64,000 nt of DNA from Oscillospiraceae bacterium (GTDB lineage Bacteria; Bacillota; Clostridia; Oscillospirales; Oscillospiraceae): assembly GCA_031261635.1 (NCBI GenBank), contig JAISJH010000068.1, forward strand, positions 221-64,220, in the 5' to 3' direction. Below the pieces are notes generated by a model. That model did no database searches and had not been told where the DNA came from. It saw nothing but the letters and a program-made list of their open reading frames with translations. Positions 17,005-26,382 of this stretch are shown piece after piece. How positions within the stretch are numbered: the stretch's first letter is position 1; every line of letters starts with the position of its first letter. Made by a program: the position numbers and the translations under genes.

Positions 17005-17976
17005 TTGACACCCTTGAAATCACTGGACGAAATAAAGCAAATCGCCGTGCTGGGCGCGGGTACTATGGGACCCGGTATGGCGCAAATCTTCGCTATGGGC
17101 GGCTACAAAGTAACTATGTGGACGCGCTCGGAGGATACCCGAAAAAAGGCGCAGGAAACACTGCATAAGAGTATTGTGACCTTCTCGGAGGAAGGCTTGC
17201 TTGACGCCAAGGACATTGACGCGGTTTACAATCGCGTTAGTTTTGCGTCTACCGTGGAGGAAGCTGTCGCCGGAGCGCAGTATATTCAGGAAACAATTGT
17301 CGAGAATAAGGACGCGAAGCTTGCGCTCTATGAACAGCTCGACAAGTGCCTGGAGGACGATGTTATTATCGCCTCGAACACGTCCGGGCTGAACGTATTC
17401 GGGCTTATTCCCGAACGCCGCTTGAAACAGGCGGTTATAGCCCACTGGTACGCGCCTCCGCAGCTTATCCCGCTCGTTGAGGTCGTCAAAGCCGAACAGG
17501 CTCCGCAGGAGTACGCCGATATCACGGTCGCGCTGCTTGAAAAATGCGGCAAGACCCCCGTTCTTATGAAGAAATTCATTCAGGGCTATATAGCGAACCG
17601 TATGCAGATGGTTCTTAATACCGAGCTGTTCTATCTTCTGGACAACGGCTACTGCACGCCGGAGGATATTGACAAGGCGGTCAAAGCGAGCTTTATCCCC
17701 CGCGCGGTAGTGCTGGGGCTGTGCAAACGCGCGGACTTCGGCGGGCTTGATATGACGGCTAATAACTATAAAAACAAGAGCTACACGCCTCCCGAGCCGG
17801 TCGATATGCCCTCCTCCCTCGCCGAACACGTTGAAAAGGGCGAACTGGGGCTAAAAAGCGGCAAGGGCTTCTACGACTACAGCGGCGTAGATAAACAGGC
17901 GCTCCTGGCTAAACGCGATAAGCAGCTGTTTGAAGTTTTTAAGCTGGCAAAAAAGTTTATGGACGACCCGGTGTAA
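17005..17976 (+). CDS. 3-hydroxyacyl-CoA dehydrogenase family protein (Hbd / carnitine-dehydrogenase-like)
   Basis: IAVLGAGTMGPGMAQIFA Rossmann motif plus the HCDH C-terminal domain. TTG start at 17005 after AAAGGAG. Confidence 0.85.
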   Translation: MTPLKSLDEIKQIAVLGAGTMGPGMAQIFAMGGYKVTMWTRSEDTRKKAQETLHKSIVTFSEEGLLDAKDIDAVYNRVSFASTVEEAVAGAQYIQETIVENKDAKLALYEQLDKCLEDDVIIASNTSGLNVFGLIPERRLKQAVIAHWYAPPQLIPLVEVVKAEQAPQEYADITVALLEKCGKTPVLMKKFIQGYIANRMQMVLNTELFYLLDNGYCTPEDIDKAVKASFIPRAVVLGLCKRADFGGLDMTANNYKNKSYTPPEPVDMPSSLAEHVEKGELGLKSGKGFYDYSGVDKQALLAKRDKQLFEVFKLAKKFMDDPV

Positions 17977-17984
17977 TTTAATTG

Positions 17985-18090
17985 ACAATTGATAATGAAT
18001 AATGAATAATTTCAAATCTTTTATCGGAGCTTTTGAGTTTACATTATTCTTTATTCATTATTCACTATTCACTATCACTATCACTATTCA
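17985..18090. repeat. AT-rich heptad repeat spacer
   Basis: Runs of GAATAAT/CAATTGA, then ATTCATT/ATTCACT/ATCACT units up to the SD of the BKACE gene. Confidence 0.8.
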
Positions 18091-18102
18091 TTGGAGGAAA
18101 CA

Positions 18103-19017
18103 ATGGCTAAATCTAACAAAATCATAATTCAGGTCTGCTTATGCGGGGCGGGTACTAAGAAGGAGCAGGCTCCTACCGTGCCGTATACGGCGGACGAACT
18201 GGCGGAACAAATTGTCGCCTGCGCTAAGGCGGGCGCGTCGATTGCCCATATCCACGTCCGCGAGGACAAAGAAGTCGCCGGGAAACTCGAAATCGGCTAC
18301 AAATCTATGTCGCTTCAGAAATTCACCGACGCCGTGGAAGCCGCCCGCGCCGCTTGCAAAGTAGCCGGGGTTGACATTCTAATCAACCTCACGACCAGCG
18401 GAGGCGAGTACGAGGACCAGAAGCGTATTCAGCACCTCGCGGCTCTGCACCCCGAGATGTGCAGTTTTGACCCTAATACGATTAACTGGGCTAACAGCTA
18501 TATCTTTGAAAATTCACCGCGCTTCCTCAATTACCTCGCGGACGAAGTTGTCAAAGAGGATATCAAGCCGGAGTTCGAGGTTTTTGACACCGGGCATATC
18601 GACAGCGTTATGTACTACGTCAAGAAGCATAATATCCCCGAGCCGCCGCATATACAGTTCATAATGGGCGTAGGCGGCAGTATGCCGGGTACGACCGAGA
18701 ACCTCGCGTTCCTCGTGAATAAGCTCCCGGCGGGGGCTACCTGGAGCGTTTCAGGTATCGGCAAGGCGCACCTCCCGATGTTATTCGCGGGACTGGCGCT
18801 AGGCGCGGACGGGCTTCGCGTGGGCTTGGAGGACAACATCTACTACGCGCGCGGTCAAATCGCGACAAACGTTCAGCTAGTCGAACGCGCCGTAGAAATC
18901 TCAAAACTAGCCCAACGCGAAATAGCGACAGCGGAGGACGCCCGCGAACTCCTGGGCATCAAGCGCCACACCCTGCGCGACGAAAAAACCCTCTCGGCAA
19001 CCTGGAAAGCAGTGTAG
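18103..19017 (+). CDS. BKACE family enzyme (3-keto-5-aminohexanoate cleavage enzyme-like, DUF849)
   Basis: KIIIQVCLCGAGTKKEQAPTVPYTADELAEQIVACAKAGASIAHIHVRED is the characteristic N-terminal TIM-barrel segment of beta-keto acid cleavage enzymes. ATG at 18103 follows GGAGGA. Confidence 0.8.
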   Translation: MAKSNKIIIQVCLCGAGTKKEQAPTVPYTADELAEQIVACAKAGASIAHIHVREDKEVAGKLEIGYKSMSLQKFTDAVEAARAACKVAGVDILINLTTSGGEYEDQKRIQHLAALHPEMCSFDPNTINWANSYIFENSPRFLNYLADEVVKEDIKPEFEVFDTGHIDSVMYYVKKHNIPEPPHIQFIMGVGGSMPGTTENLAFLVNKLPAGATWSVSGIGKAHLPMLFAGLALGADGLRVGLEDNIYYARGQIATNVQLVERAVEISKLAQREIATAEDARELLGIKRHTLRDEKTLSATWKAV

Positions 19018-19025
19018 TACAAATA

Positions 19026-19334
19026 ACAGTTATCAAATATCAAATATCAAATATTAGACGCGGGATAATTTGACCTGTACTGAAACATTGTAATATCAAC
19101 CCTGTCCTAAAACCTTTTGCGGTCTAATGTAGGGGGCGATGCCCACATCGCCCCGTTCCGCAGAATGTGGGATTGATGAACCCGCGGGACGATGTGGGCA
19201 TCGTCCCCTACACTGATACGGAGGGTTGGACGTGGGTTGCGTAATCCGGGCGGGGCTGGGAAACCCCGCCCCTACGTCCCTCCGCAACCAAACGTCCTAA
19301 CCCTCGTCTCTGATATTTGATATTTGATATCTGT
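19026..19334. mobile_element. MITE-like intergenic element with imperfect terminal inverted repeats
   Basis: ACAGTTATCAAATATCAAATATCAAATATTAGACG at 19026-19060 versus CGTCTCTGATATTTGATATTTGATATCTGT at 19305-19334. The interior carries the GGGGGCGATGCCCACATCGCCCC / GGGACGATGTGGGCATCGTCCC hairpin pair also seen at 7465-7550. Confidence 0.55.
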
Positions 19335-19363
19335 AAACTGAAAAAAGAGGAGATTACGCAATT

Positions 19364-20032
19364 ATGGCTAAGAGCAAAGTCACCACCATTGAGACGGCCG
19401 TGGAACGCGTTAAGGACGGGCAGACCGTGCTTATTCCCGGGTTTGTCAATGTCGGCGTACCTGAAACGCTTATTAAGGCGATTATCAAAAACGACGTTAA
19501 AGACATAAATGTCATTTCAAACAACACGAGCGTCAAGGGACAGGGCATAGGGCTTCTTGTCCACGACGGACGCATTAAGCACATAACCTGCTCGCATATC
19601 GGGAGCAATACCGAGACTGTCGAAAAAGTTGTCGCGGGAGAACTCAACGTAACCTTCGTTCCGCAGGGTACGCTTTGCGAGCGCGTCCGCGCGGGTGGCG
19701 CGGGTATCGGCGGCGTGCTTACGCCTACCGGGCTTGGCACTCCGATTGCCGAGGGCAAGCCTGTAATCAACGTTGACGGCAAGGACTATCTGCTCGAAAA
19801 AGCGTTGCGCGGCGATGTTGCGTTAATTCACGCCTGGAAAGCCGACGAAATGGGCAACGTGGTCTATCACCGCACGGCGCGGAATTTCAACCAGGTTTGG
19901 GCGACTGCCGCCGACTGGGTTATTGTCGAGGCGGAGGAAATCGTCCCCGTCGGAAGCCTTGACCCGGACGCTATTATGACGCCCGGCGCATTGGTTGACG
20001 CGGTTGTGCAAGCCGCCGTCAAGGCTGAATAG
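19364..20032 (+). CDS. 3-oxoacid CoA-transferase subunit A
   Basis: VKDGQTVLIPGFVNVGVPETLI and ALIHAWKADEMGNVVY match the AtoD/ScoA family; 222 aa. Confidence 0.9.
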   Translation: MAKSKVTTIETAVERVKDGQTVLIPGFVNVGVPETLIKAIIKNDVKDINVISNNTSVKGQGIGLLVHDGRIKHITCSHIGSNTETVEKVVAGELNVTFVPQGTLCERVRAGGAGIGGVLTPTGLGTPIAEGKPVINVDGKDYLLEKALRGDVALIHAWKADEMGNVVYHRTARNFNQVWATAADWVIVEAEEIVPVGSLDPDAIMTPGALVDAVVQAAVKAE

Positions 20033-20047
20033 GAGGTATATAAAAAA

Positions 20048-20707
20048 ATGGCTTTACAAGGACGCGACCTTATCGCCAACAGAACCGCGAGGTTTTTTGA
20101 GGACGGCGATTTAGTAAATCTCGGTATAGGTATGCCGACGCTCTGCCTCAATCACTTGCCGGAGGGCATAGACGTTTGGGTGGATACTGAAAACGGAGCT
20201 ATAGGCTTAAACGGTCCTCCCGACGAGGGCGAATGGACAGACCCGGACGTAGTGGACGCTGCGGGGCATATAAGCAAGCTTCGCGAGGGCGGCAGTTGCT
20301 TCGACAGTTTCACAAGCTTTGGCTACATTCGCGGCGGCCACGTAGCTGTCTCCGTACTCGGAGCCTACGAAGTGGACGAAGCGGGCAATCTCGCAAACTG
20401 GATGGTTCCCGGGAAAACGGCGGCGGGAATGGGCGGCGCGATGGACTTAGTCGCGGGCGCGAAAAAGGTTATTATAATGACCGAGCATTGCGACAAGAAG
20501 GGCAATCCTAAAATCCTCAAAAAATGCACGCTTCCGCTCACAGCGGCGGGCGAAGTTGACTATATCGTCACGGAGCTTGCGCTTCTCCACCGCACCGACG
20601 CGGGTTTAGTGCTTGAGGAAACCGCTCCCGGCATAACTGTTGAGGAAGTGGTCGGCAAAACCGGAGCTACATTGATAATCCCGGATAAGGTAGGGAGTAT
20701 GGTCTAA
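20048..20707 (+). CDS. 3-oxoacid CoA-transferase subunit B
   Basis: LVNLGIGMPT and the catalytic-Glu motif TENGAIGL match the AtoA/ScoB family; 219 aa. Confidence 0.9.
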   Translation: MALQGRDLIANRTARFFEDGDLVNLGIGMPTLCLNHLPEGIDVWVDTENGAIGLNGPPDEGEWTDPDVVDAAGHISKLREGGSCFDSFTSFGYIRGGHVAVSVLGAYEVDEAGNLANWMVPGKTAAGMGGAMDLVAGAKKVIIMTEHCDKKGNPKILKKCTLPLTAAGEVDYIVTELALLHRTDAGLVLEETAPGITVEEVVGKTGATLIIPDKVGSMV

Positions 20708-22140
20708 TGACAACTTGGCATATAGTAGGGCTTGTGGTAACACTCGTCGTAATCGTCGCGCTCAGTCTGTATTCTGGGCGCAAGGTAAAGAGCGCGGCGG
20801 ACTTCGCGACAGGCGGCGGTAAAACGGGAGCCGCGATAGTCGCGGGGGCGATAATGGGAACGCTCGTAGGAGGCTCGTCCACTGTAGGTACGGCGGAGCT
20901 TGCGTATAACTACGGCCTGTCGGCGTGGTGGTTTACGCTCGGCGGCGGCATTGCCTGTCTGATACTGGCAATCGGCTTCGTTCATAAGTTCAAGATAAGC
21001 GGACAGTCAACGCTTGTCAGCATTGTTTCAAAAGAATACGGCTCGACGGCGGGTATGCTCTCGTCCGTGCTGTCGTCCGTCGGTATATTTATCAATATCA
21101 TCTCGCAGCTGCTTGCGGCGCTCGCGGTTATCGCGGTTGTAGCGCCGCGGCTCGGGACTATTCCCGCGCTCGCTATATCCGCTGTGCTAATGGCGATGTA
21201 CGTCATCTTCGGCGGCGTCAAGGCGGCGGGGCTTGTGGGGGTAGTCAAGCTTGTACTGCTCTATGTGGCTATGATAGGCGGCGGCTTGATAGTCCTGCAT
21301 TTGACGGGCGGCTTAACGCCTCTGCTTGACGGCATACACGGCGTAGAAGCGGCGGAGGGGAACAAGGTCAACTTCCTCAGCCTCTTTGCCCGGGGAGCCG
21401 GAAAAGATATCGGCGCGGGAGTATCGCTCATTCTGGGCGTACTGACAACGCAAAGCTACGCACAGGCGGTAATAGCCGGAAGAAACGACAAGCAGAGCCG
21501 CATAGGCGCGCTCGCAAGCGCGGTGTTGATACCGCCGATTGGCGCGGGCGGCATACTGATTGGTATGTATATGCGCGTTCACGCCGCCGAATACGCGGGG
21601 CTTGGGGCTAAAACCGCGCTTACAGAGTTCATTATGCACCATATGCCTCCCCTGCTCGGCGGCGTTGTGCTTGCGACGCTGTTAATCGCGGTAGTAGGCA
21701 CAGGCGCGGGCTTGTCGCTCGGGATTAGCACTATTCTCAATAACGATATTGTAAAGAAAGTAACGCGCAAGTTTGACGAGCCAAAAAAGAACCTGCTAAT
21801 CAGCCGCGTGTTCATAATCGCGGTACTAGTCCTGGCCTGCGTAATGAGCGAGGTCTTAGGTCACGAGGCAATTCTCTCCTTCGCGTTTATGTCAATGGGA
21901 CTGCGCGGCTCGGTAATATTTATGCCGATGGTGCTTGCGCTCTGGGCTCCGCGAAGGGTTGACAGCAAGTTTATCATAGTGTCCGTAGTAATAAGCCCGC
22001 TCTGCGTGCTGCTGTTCGGTATCCCGCCGCTAAACGGCGCGATAACGTTCGACTCGCTGTTTATTGGTATGGCGGTTAGCGTTGTAATCTGCCTGCTGGG
22101 TCTGGCTGTAGGAAAAGGTAAACGCGCGCTTGGTAATTAG
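20707..22140 (+). CDS. sodium:solute symporter (SSS) family transporter
   Basis: 477 aa with roughly 12-13 TM. The N-terminal SGRKVKSAADFATGGGKTG pattern is typical of SSS family proteins. The start overlaps the stop of the CoA-transferase B gene. Confidence 0.7.
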   Translation: MTTWHIVGLVVTLVVIVALSLYSGRKVKSAADFATGGGKTGAAIVAGAIMGTLVGGSSTVGTAELAYNYGLSAWWFTLGGGIACLILAIGFVHKFKISGQSTLVSIVSKEYGSTAGMLSSVLSSVGIFINIISQLLAALAVIAVVAPRLGTIPALAISAVLMAMYVIFGGVKAAGLVGVVKLVLLYVAMIGGGLIVLHLTGGLTPLLDGIHGVEAAEGNKVNFLSLFARGAGKDIGAGVSLILGVLTTQSYAQAVIAGRNDKQSRIGALASAVLIPPIGAGGILIGMYMRVHAAEYAGLGAKTALTEFIMHHMPPLLGGVVLATLLIAVVGTGAGLSLGISTILNNDIVKKVTRKFDEPKKNLLISRVFIIAVLVLACVMSEVLGHEAILSFAFMSMGLRGSVIFMPMVLALWAPRRVDSKFIIVSVVISPLCVLLFGIPPLNGAITFDSLFIGMAVSVVICLLGLAVGKGKRALGN

Positions 22141-22152
22141 GTAAATATAATA

Positions 22153-22187
22153 ATCCGGGCGGTCATTGTGACCGCCCGGATTTGTTA
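22153..22187. terminator. bidirectional intrinsic terminator
   Basis: ATCCGGGCGGTC-ATTGT-GACCGCCCGGAT followed by TTTGTT, between convergent genes. Confidence 0.75.
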
Positions 22188-22202
22188 TGTTACACGTGCC
22201 GC

Positions 22203-23201
22203 TTATTCCGCGTCCTTTTCCGTTTCAAACTTAGCTGTTACCGCTTTCGCGCGTTTGCGGCGCGAGCGTCTTACGCAGAGGACTATAATCACTACCGCCG
22301 CGAGGAAAATTATTATTCCGAATACGGATTCGGCTGCCCATACTAGCAGGTTTTCAAGCGTTCGCACCATACCGTCGAAGCCGTTTCTGAACGCCAGGGC
22401 TACGCGCTCGGAAAGCGTTACCGGGGGCGGCTTTACGGGGTCGCTCACTTTAGCGACTTCGTGCAGGTAGACGCTTATGATTGAATAATCGACCTGCCTG
22501 TCGTAGGATTTCAGCGTTCCCGTTAGGCTCTCGAGTTCGTAGGTCGCGTTTGAGAGGGCGTTTTCGAGCTGTATGATGTTCTCCATATTGTCCGCCTGCT
22601 CCAGCAAAAGGGTCAGGCGGTCAATCTTTGTCTTGGTGGTCTTAATACGCGTTTCGGTGTCGTAGTAAACGTCTGAAATATCCTGCGTGTTAGAGGACTT
22701 GTCGGTAACGTTGCCGATATTTCCGACAGACTGAAGCGCGGCTTCAAAGGACGCGGACGGCACCCGAAGCGTGTAGTAAGCGGTTTTCAGCATATAGGAG
22801 CCGTAGAGCGCGGTGCCGCCGGAAACCGAGCTGTCCTGCACGTAGCCGCCGAACATAGCCGCGATACCGTCAAGCGCGGTGAGCGACGCGTCGAAGTCCG
22901 TGCTTTCGATACTGTAGGACGCGCTCTTGATGAGCTTGCGGCCGTCCGAAGCCGGCGGCTCTTTTGCCCCGCTGATGTAGCCGGGAGCTTGCGGAGCCGC
23001 CTCCGCTGACATATCGTAGCCAAAGCCGCCCTCAATGGCGGCACTGTCGGCGACAGGACCCTTCGAGACGTTCTGCGGCGGCATAACCGCACCATTGCCC
23101 CGGTCGCCGTTAACGGCGGTAGTATCATACCCCGCCGAACAGGCGGCAAGAGCGAGAATAAGCGCGGAGGTAATAAGCAGCGCGATAAAACGATGTTTCA
23201 T
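22203..23201 (-). CDS. DUF4349-like lipoprotein with a C-terminal TM anchor
   Basis: Lipobox LILALAAC at the N-terminus. The central YYTLRVPSASFEAAL...coiled segment...DYSIISVYLHE layout is typical of DUF4349. There is a hydrophobic C-terminal helix. Confidence 0.6.
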   Translation of the reverse strand: MKHRFIALLITSALILALAACSAGYDTTAVNGDRGNGAVMPPQNVSKGPVADSAAIEGGFGYDMSAEAAPQAPGYISGAKEPPASDGRKLIKSASYSIESTDFDASLTALDGIAAMFGGYVQDSSVSGGTALYGSYMLKTAYYTLRVPSASFEAALQSVGNIGNVTDKSSNTQDISDVYYDTETRIKTTKTKIDRLTLLLEQADNMENIIQLENALSNATYELESLTGTLKSYDRQVDYSIISVYLHEVAKVSDPVKPPPVTLSERVALAFRNGFDGMVRTLENLLVWAAESVFGIIIFLAAVVIIVLCVRRSRRKRAKAVTAKFETEKDAE

Positions 23202-23269
23202 AATAGTGCCTCCTTATAGGTTGAGCGGCTAATTGGCGCGGCGGCGGTTTTGCGGCGGTTCTGCGGCGG

Positions 23270-23645
23270 TTCGTAGGGGCGGGTTTCAAACCCGCCCTCC
23301 CACGTCCCACGTTCCGGCGCCGTGCGCCGTCTTTGCGAAGCACCGGTAAGCCTGCGATACGTAGGACGTTACAGGTGCGAAGCAATCCAGTGCCGGGGGG
23401 GAAACTTACGTCCCTACGTATCACAGACTACTACGTCAACCCTGGATTGCTTCGCCGCGTTTCAATGTTACGTATCGCAAGTGCGGTGGCGGCTTCGCAA
23501 TGACGGGCAGGGCGAAGCCCTGCCCTTACGGGGGCGGGCGCTTCGCTGATACGTAGGTAGGACGGGGGTACGGCGCGCACGGCGCGGGAAACCACCCCGC
23601 CGCCTGCGGGCGGCACCCCTCCACAGAGGGGATAAGGACGGGGGT
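23270..23645. repeat. composite intergenic mosaic repeat (GC modules only, no AT-rich terminal module)
   Basis: GGGGCGGGTTTCAAACCCGCCC, the GTCTTTGCGAAGC...CAATCCAGTGCCGG...CTGGATTGCTTCGCC...GCTTCGCAATGAC nested palindrome, GGGCAGGGCGAAGCCCTGCCC, and CCGCCGCCTGCGGGCGGC. Confidence 0.85.
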
Positions 23646-23665
23646 ACTGGACTATGGCGGTTCTT

Positions 23666-24151
23666 TCACGCGCGTTTCAGCGTTTTTTGCAACGCTATCA
23701 GTAGCGGCAGCCCCAGTACGTAGCCTACGGCTAGTTCGCCGAAGGCTACTGACGCGGCTATTAGCGGGAACGCCGAGAGCGGGTCTGCGGGGACGTCTAC
23801 CCAGGCTATCAGCGCACCTACTATAATGCCGTTTGTAATCACCGGGAACAGCGGTGCGAGTTGCCGCACGCGGCACTTAGCCGTGCAGACGCAGGCAAGT
23901 AGCGTCGCGAGGCTCCCGAATACAACGTCCGGCAGGCCGAAGCCTCCGAATATATTCGCGAACATACACCCGAGCGTAAGCCCTATCGTACACTCGGGAA
24001 AGAGGAACGGTAAGACGCATAAGGCCTCGGCAACGCGGAACTGAAACGCTCCGTAACTGATAGGAGCGAGCGCGACCGTAAGCGTGAAGTAAAGCGCGCC
24101 AATCATAGCCGAACGCGCTATTTTGCGCGTCAGCGGATTATTGATTTGCAT
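23666..24151 (-). CDS. queT: QueT family queuosine-precursor transporter (ECF S-component-like)
   Basis: ARSAMIGALYFTLTVALAPISYGAFQFRVAEAL and 5 TM. ATG at 24151 follows GGAGA and overlaps the end of the upstream GNAT gene. Confidence 0.7.
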   Translation of the reverse strand: MQINNPLTRKIARSAMIGALYFTLTVALAPISYGAFQFRVAEALCVLPFLFPECTIGLTLGCMFANIFGGFGLPDVVFGSLATLLACVCTAKCRVRQLAPLFPVITNGIIVGALIAWVDVPADPLSAFPLIAASVAFGELAVGYVLGLPLLIALQKTLKRA

Positions 24152-24587
24152 AGGGGTTCTCCGTTCTGATTTCGTAGATATCGCCGGGGCGTGAGAATAG
24201 CTTGAACCCGGACTTTTCATAGAACTTGTGCGCGTCGCGGGTCAAAAGTACCTTGTGGTAAACGGTGGCAAGCTCCGGGGCGGCAAGCAGGAATTTTAAC
24301 ATTCGCTGACCAATCCCGCGCCCGCGATACGCGTCGGCAATGAACACGTCCATAACGTAGGCAAAGCGCACCGTGTCGCTTATAGCGCGGCAACAGCCGA
24401 TTTGCGTCTCACCGTCGTACACGCTGACGACGACGGCGGAGTTAGCCCACATCTTTTCAGCGTCCGGCAAGGTTATCCCCGGCACCCAGTAGGAACCCTG
24501 AAGCAAGCGCGTAACCTGCGCGAGGTCGGCGTTATCAAGCCCGTATTTGAAAGTAATGTCCACAGCTTTGTTGTTCCCTCTTGACAA
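24138..24587 (-). CDS. GNAT family N-acetyltransferase
   Basis: VFIADAYRGRGIGQRMLKFLL is acetyl-CoA binding motif A. The start is uncertain (TTG 24587 or a downstream GTG). Confidence 0.8.
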   Translation of the reverse strand: MSRGNNKAVDITFKYGLDNADLAQVTRLLQGSYWVPGITLPDAEKMWANSAVVVSVYDGETQIGCCRAISDTVRFAYVMDVFIADAYRGRGIGQRMLKFLLAAPELATVYHKVLLTRDAHKFYEKSGFKLFSRPGDIYEIRTENPYANQ

Positions 24588-24632
24588 AAATAGAATAATG
24601 ATATAGTTAATTGAACTCTTGCGAAACTAATC

Positions 24633-25148
24633 GCGTCCAAACCCTCGTCCCACGTATCGGCGCGGTGCGCCGGGGCGGGGCTTGCCCCTGCCCGTCATTG
24701 CGAGCCGCGGAACGTTTGCGATACGTACCATTGAGACCGGCGCGGCAATCCAGTGCCGGGAGCGTAACTTACGTATCTGCGGACTGCGGCACTGGATTGC
24801 TTCGCGCCTATAACCGCGTTGTATGTTAGGCTTCCCGGCGCTTCGCAATGACGGACTTTTTAGCTTTTTGGGATACAATAACCCGCGCCCAAACCCTCGT
24901 CCCGTGTATCGGCGCGGTGCGCCGGGAAACCACCCCGCCGCTGCGGCGGCACCCCTCCCAAGAGGGGAATAGGACGAAAATAGGACGAGGGTTGCGAAGT
25001 TGCCGTAATCTTACAGAAACGCAGAGACAAAATTCCCCTCTTGGGAGGGGTGGCGCGTAGCGCCGGGGTGGTATCCCCGCGCCGTGCGCGGACGTAACCG
25101 CGTCCAAGCCCCGTAATTATTCATTATTCACTATTACATATTCATTGT
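24633..25148. repeat. composite intergenic mosaic repeat with an internal about 250-bp-spaced duplication
   Basis: GCG.CCAAACCCTCGTCCC..GTATCGGCGCGGTGCGCCGGG occurs at about 24633 and about 24883. Also present: the GTCATTGCGAGCCGCG...CAATCCAGTGCCGG...CTGGATTGCTTCGCGCC palindrome, CCCCTCTTGGGAGGGG, and an ATTATTC heptad tail. Confidence 0.85.
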
Positions 25149-25149
25149 G

Positions 25150-26121
25150 TTAATATCCCTCGGATAAATCGACCACATTGCGAACGGGCGCACCGGTCGC
25201 TACATACGCCTTAAGGTTTTCAAGAAATATTTCAGCTGCCCGCTCGGCGTAGAACTGGGTGCTTCCTGAGAAGTGCGGCGTAATGTAGAGGTTTGGGGCA
25301 GACCATAGGGGGTGGCCGTCCGGGAGCGGTTCGGGGTCGGTTACGTCTAGCCCCGCGCGGGCGATTGTCCCGCGCTCGAGCGCGTTTAGGAGCGCGTCGC
25401 CGTCGGTTGTGGGTCCCCTGCCTACCGAGATATATACAGCCGTCTTTTTCATTTGAGCGAAGGCCGCCGCGTTGACGAACTTGCGCGTCTTTGGGGTGTA
25501 GGGCAGTATGTTTACAACGAAATCGGACTCGCTATAGAGCTTGCCGGCGTCGGCACTCGTGTAGATTTTATCGAAATACTCGCGTGGAGCGTCCGTTGTG
25601 GCAAGCCCCACCGTGTTCATTTCAAAAACCTTCGCTATACGCGCAGTCTCCGCGCCTATCGTTCCCGCGCCGAGTATGCCGATAGTCGTCCCGGTGAGTT
25701 CAAAAACCTGCGAATATATGCCCTCCGAGAGTTTTCCCGGCGGAGGCGCCCAGTGTTGCCGCACCTGTCCTTTGTAGGCTATATCAAGTCCGCGCGCTAG
25801 TGACAGTATGAACGCGAAAACGCTCTGCGCTATAGGTTTGCCGTGTATTCCGCTCGCGTTTGTGACGATTACGCCGCGGGTTTTGAGTTCGTCCAGCGGT
25901 ATAGCGTCCACGCCCGCCGACCACGTTTGAACCCACTTCAGAGCGGGTGACGACACCCACTTGCCGAGGCCGCCGCCGTAGCCCGCGATAATCTCCGCGT
26001 CCGGCAGCAATACGGTAAGGTCGGTCTGGTGGTTCACGGCGATAACCTCGTACCCGGGCGCGATACGCGTTATTTCAGGGATAAGCTCCGCGCCCTGATG
26101 AAACAGGAGTATGTTTTTCAT
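25150..26121 (-). CDS. D-isomer-specific 2-hydroxyacid dehydrogenase family protein
   Basis: GILGAGTIGAETARIA NAD motif, RGPTTDGDALLNALERGTIARAGLDVTDPEPLP, and the catalytic His region ITPHFSG. Confidence 0.85.
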   Translation of the reverse strand: MKNILLFHQGAELIPEITRIAPGYEVIAVNHQTDLTVLLPDAEIIAGYGGGLGKWVSSPALKWVQTWSAGVDAIPLDELKTRGVIVTNASGIHGKPIAQSVFAFILSLARGLDIAYKGQVRQHWAPPPGKLSEGIYSQVFELTGTTIGILGAGTIGAETARIAKVFEMNTVGLATTDAPREYFDKIYTSADAGKLYSESDFVVNILPYTPKTRKFVNAAAFAQMKKTAVYISVGRGPTTDGDALLNALERGTIARAGLDVTDPEPLPDGHPLWSAPNLYITPHFSGSTQFYAERAAEIFLENLKAYVATGAPVRNVVDLSEGY

Positions 26122-26124
26122 TAG

Positions 26125-26382
26125 TTAAATCCTTTCATAATGCGTCCACATACGCAGGATTTTGATAGTGCCGCCGTTGATTTCGTAAACAAGGCGGTGC
26201 TGTTCATTTATTCGCCGCGAGTATCTGTTGTCGGAACCGCGTAATTTTTCATAAGGCGGAGGGTTTTGGTATGGGTTTTCGTGAATTATATTCAATAATT
26301 CAGCCGCCTTATCCTTTAATTTACTGCGTTCAATCAGCCGCATATCTTTTTCGGCTTGCCTCGTAACTTCAATGTAATACAT
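26125..26382 (-). CDS. yoeB: Txe/YoeB family toxin
   Basis: NPYQNPPPYEKLRGSDNRYSRRINEQHRLVYEI....IKILRMWTHYE is the YoeB signature; 85 aa. Confidence 0.85.
   Translation of the reverse strand: MYYIEVTRQAEKDMRLIERSKLKDKAAELLNIIHENPYQNPPPYEKLRGSDNRYSRRINEQHRLVYEINGGTIKILRMWTHYERI

Noticed and set aside
24152-24632. preQ1 riboswitch upstream of queT
   Set aside because: queT overlaps the end of the GNAT gene, so there is no free leader. The about 45 nt upstream of the GNAT gene is AT-rich without a recognisable preQ1 aptamer hairpin.
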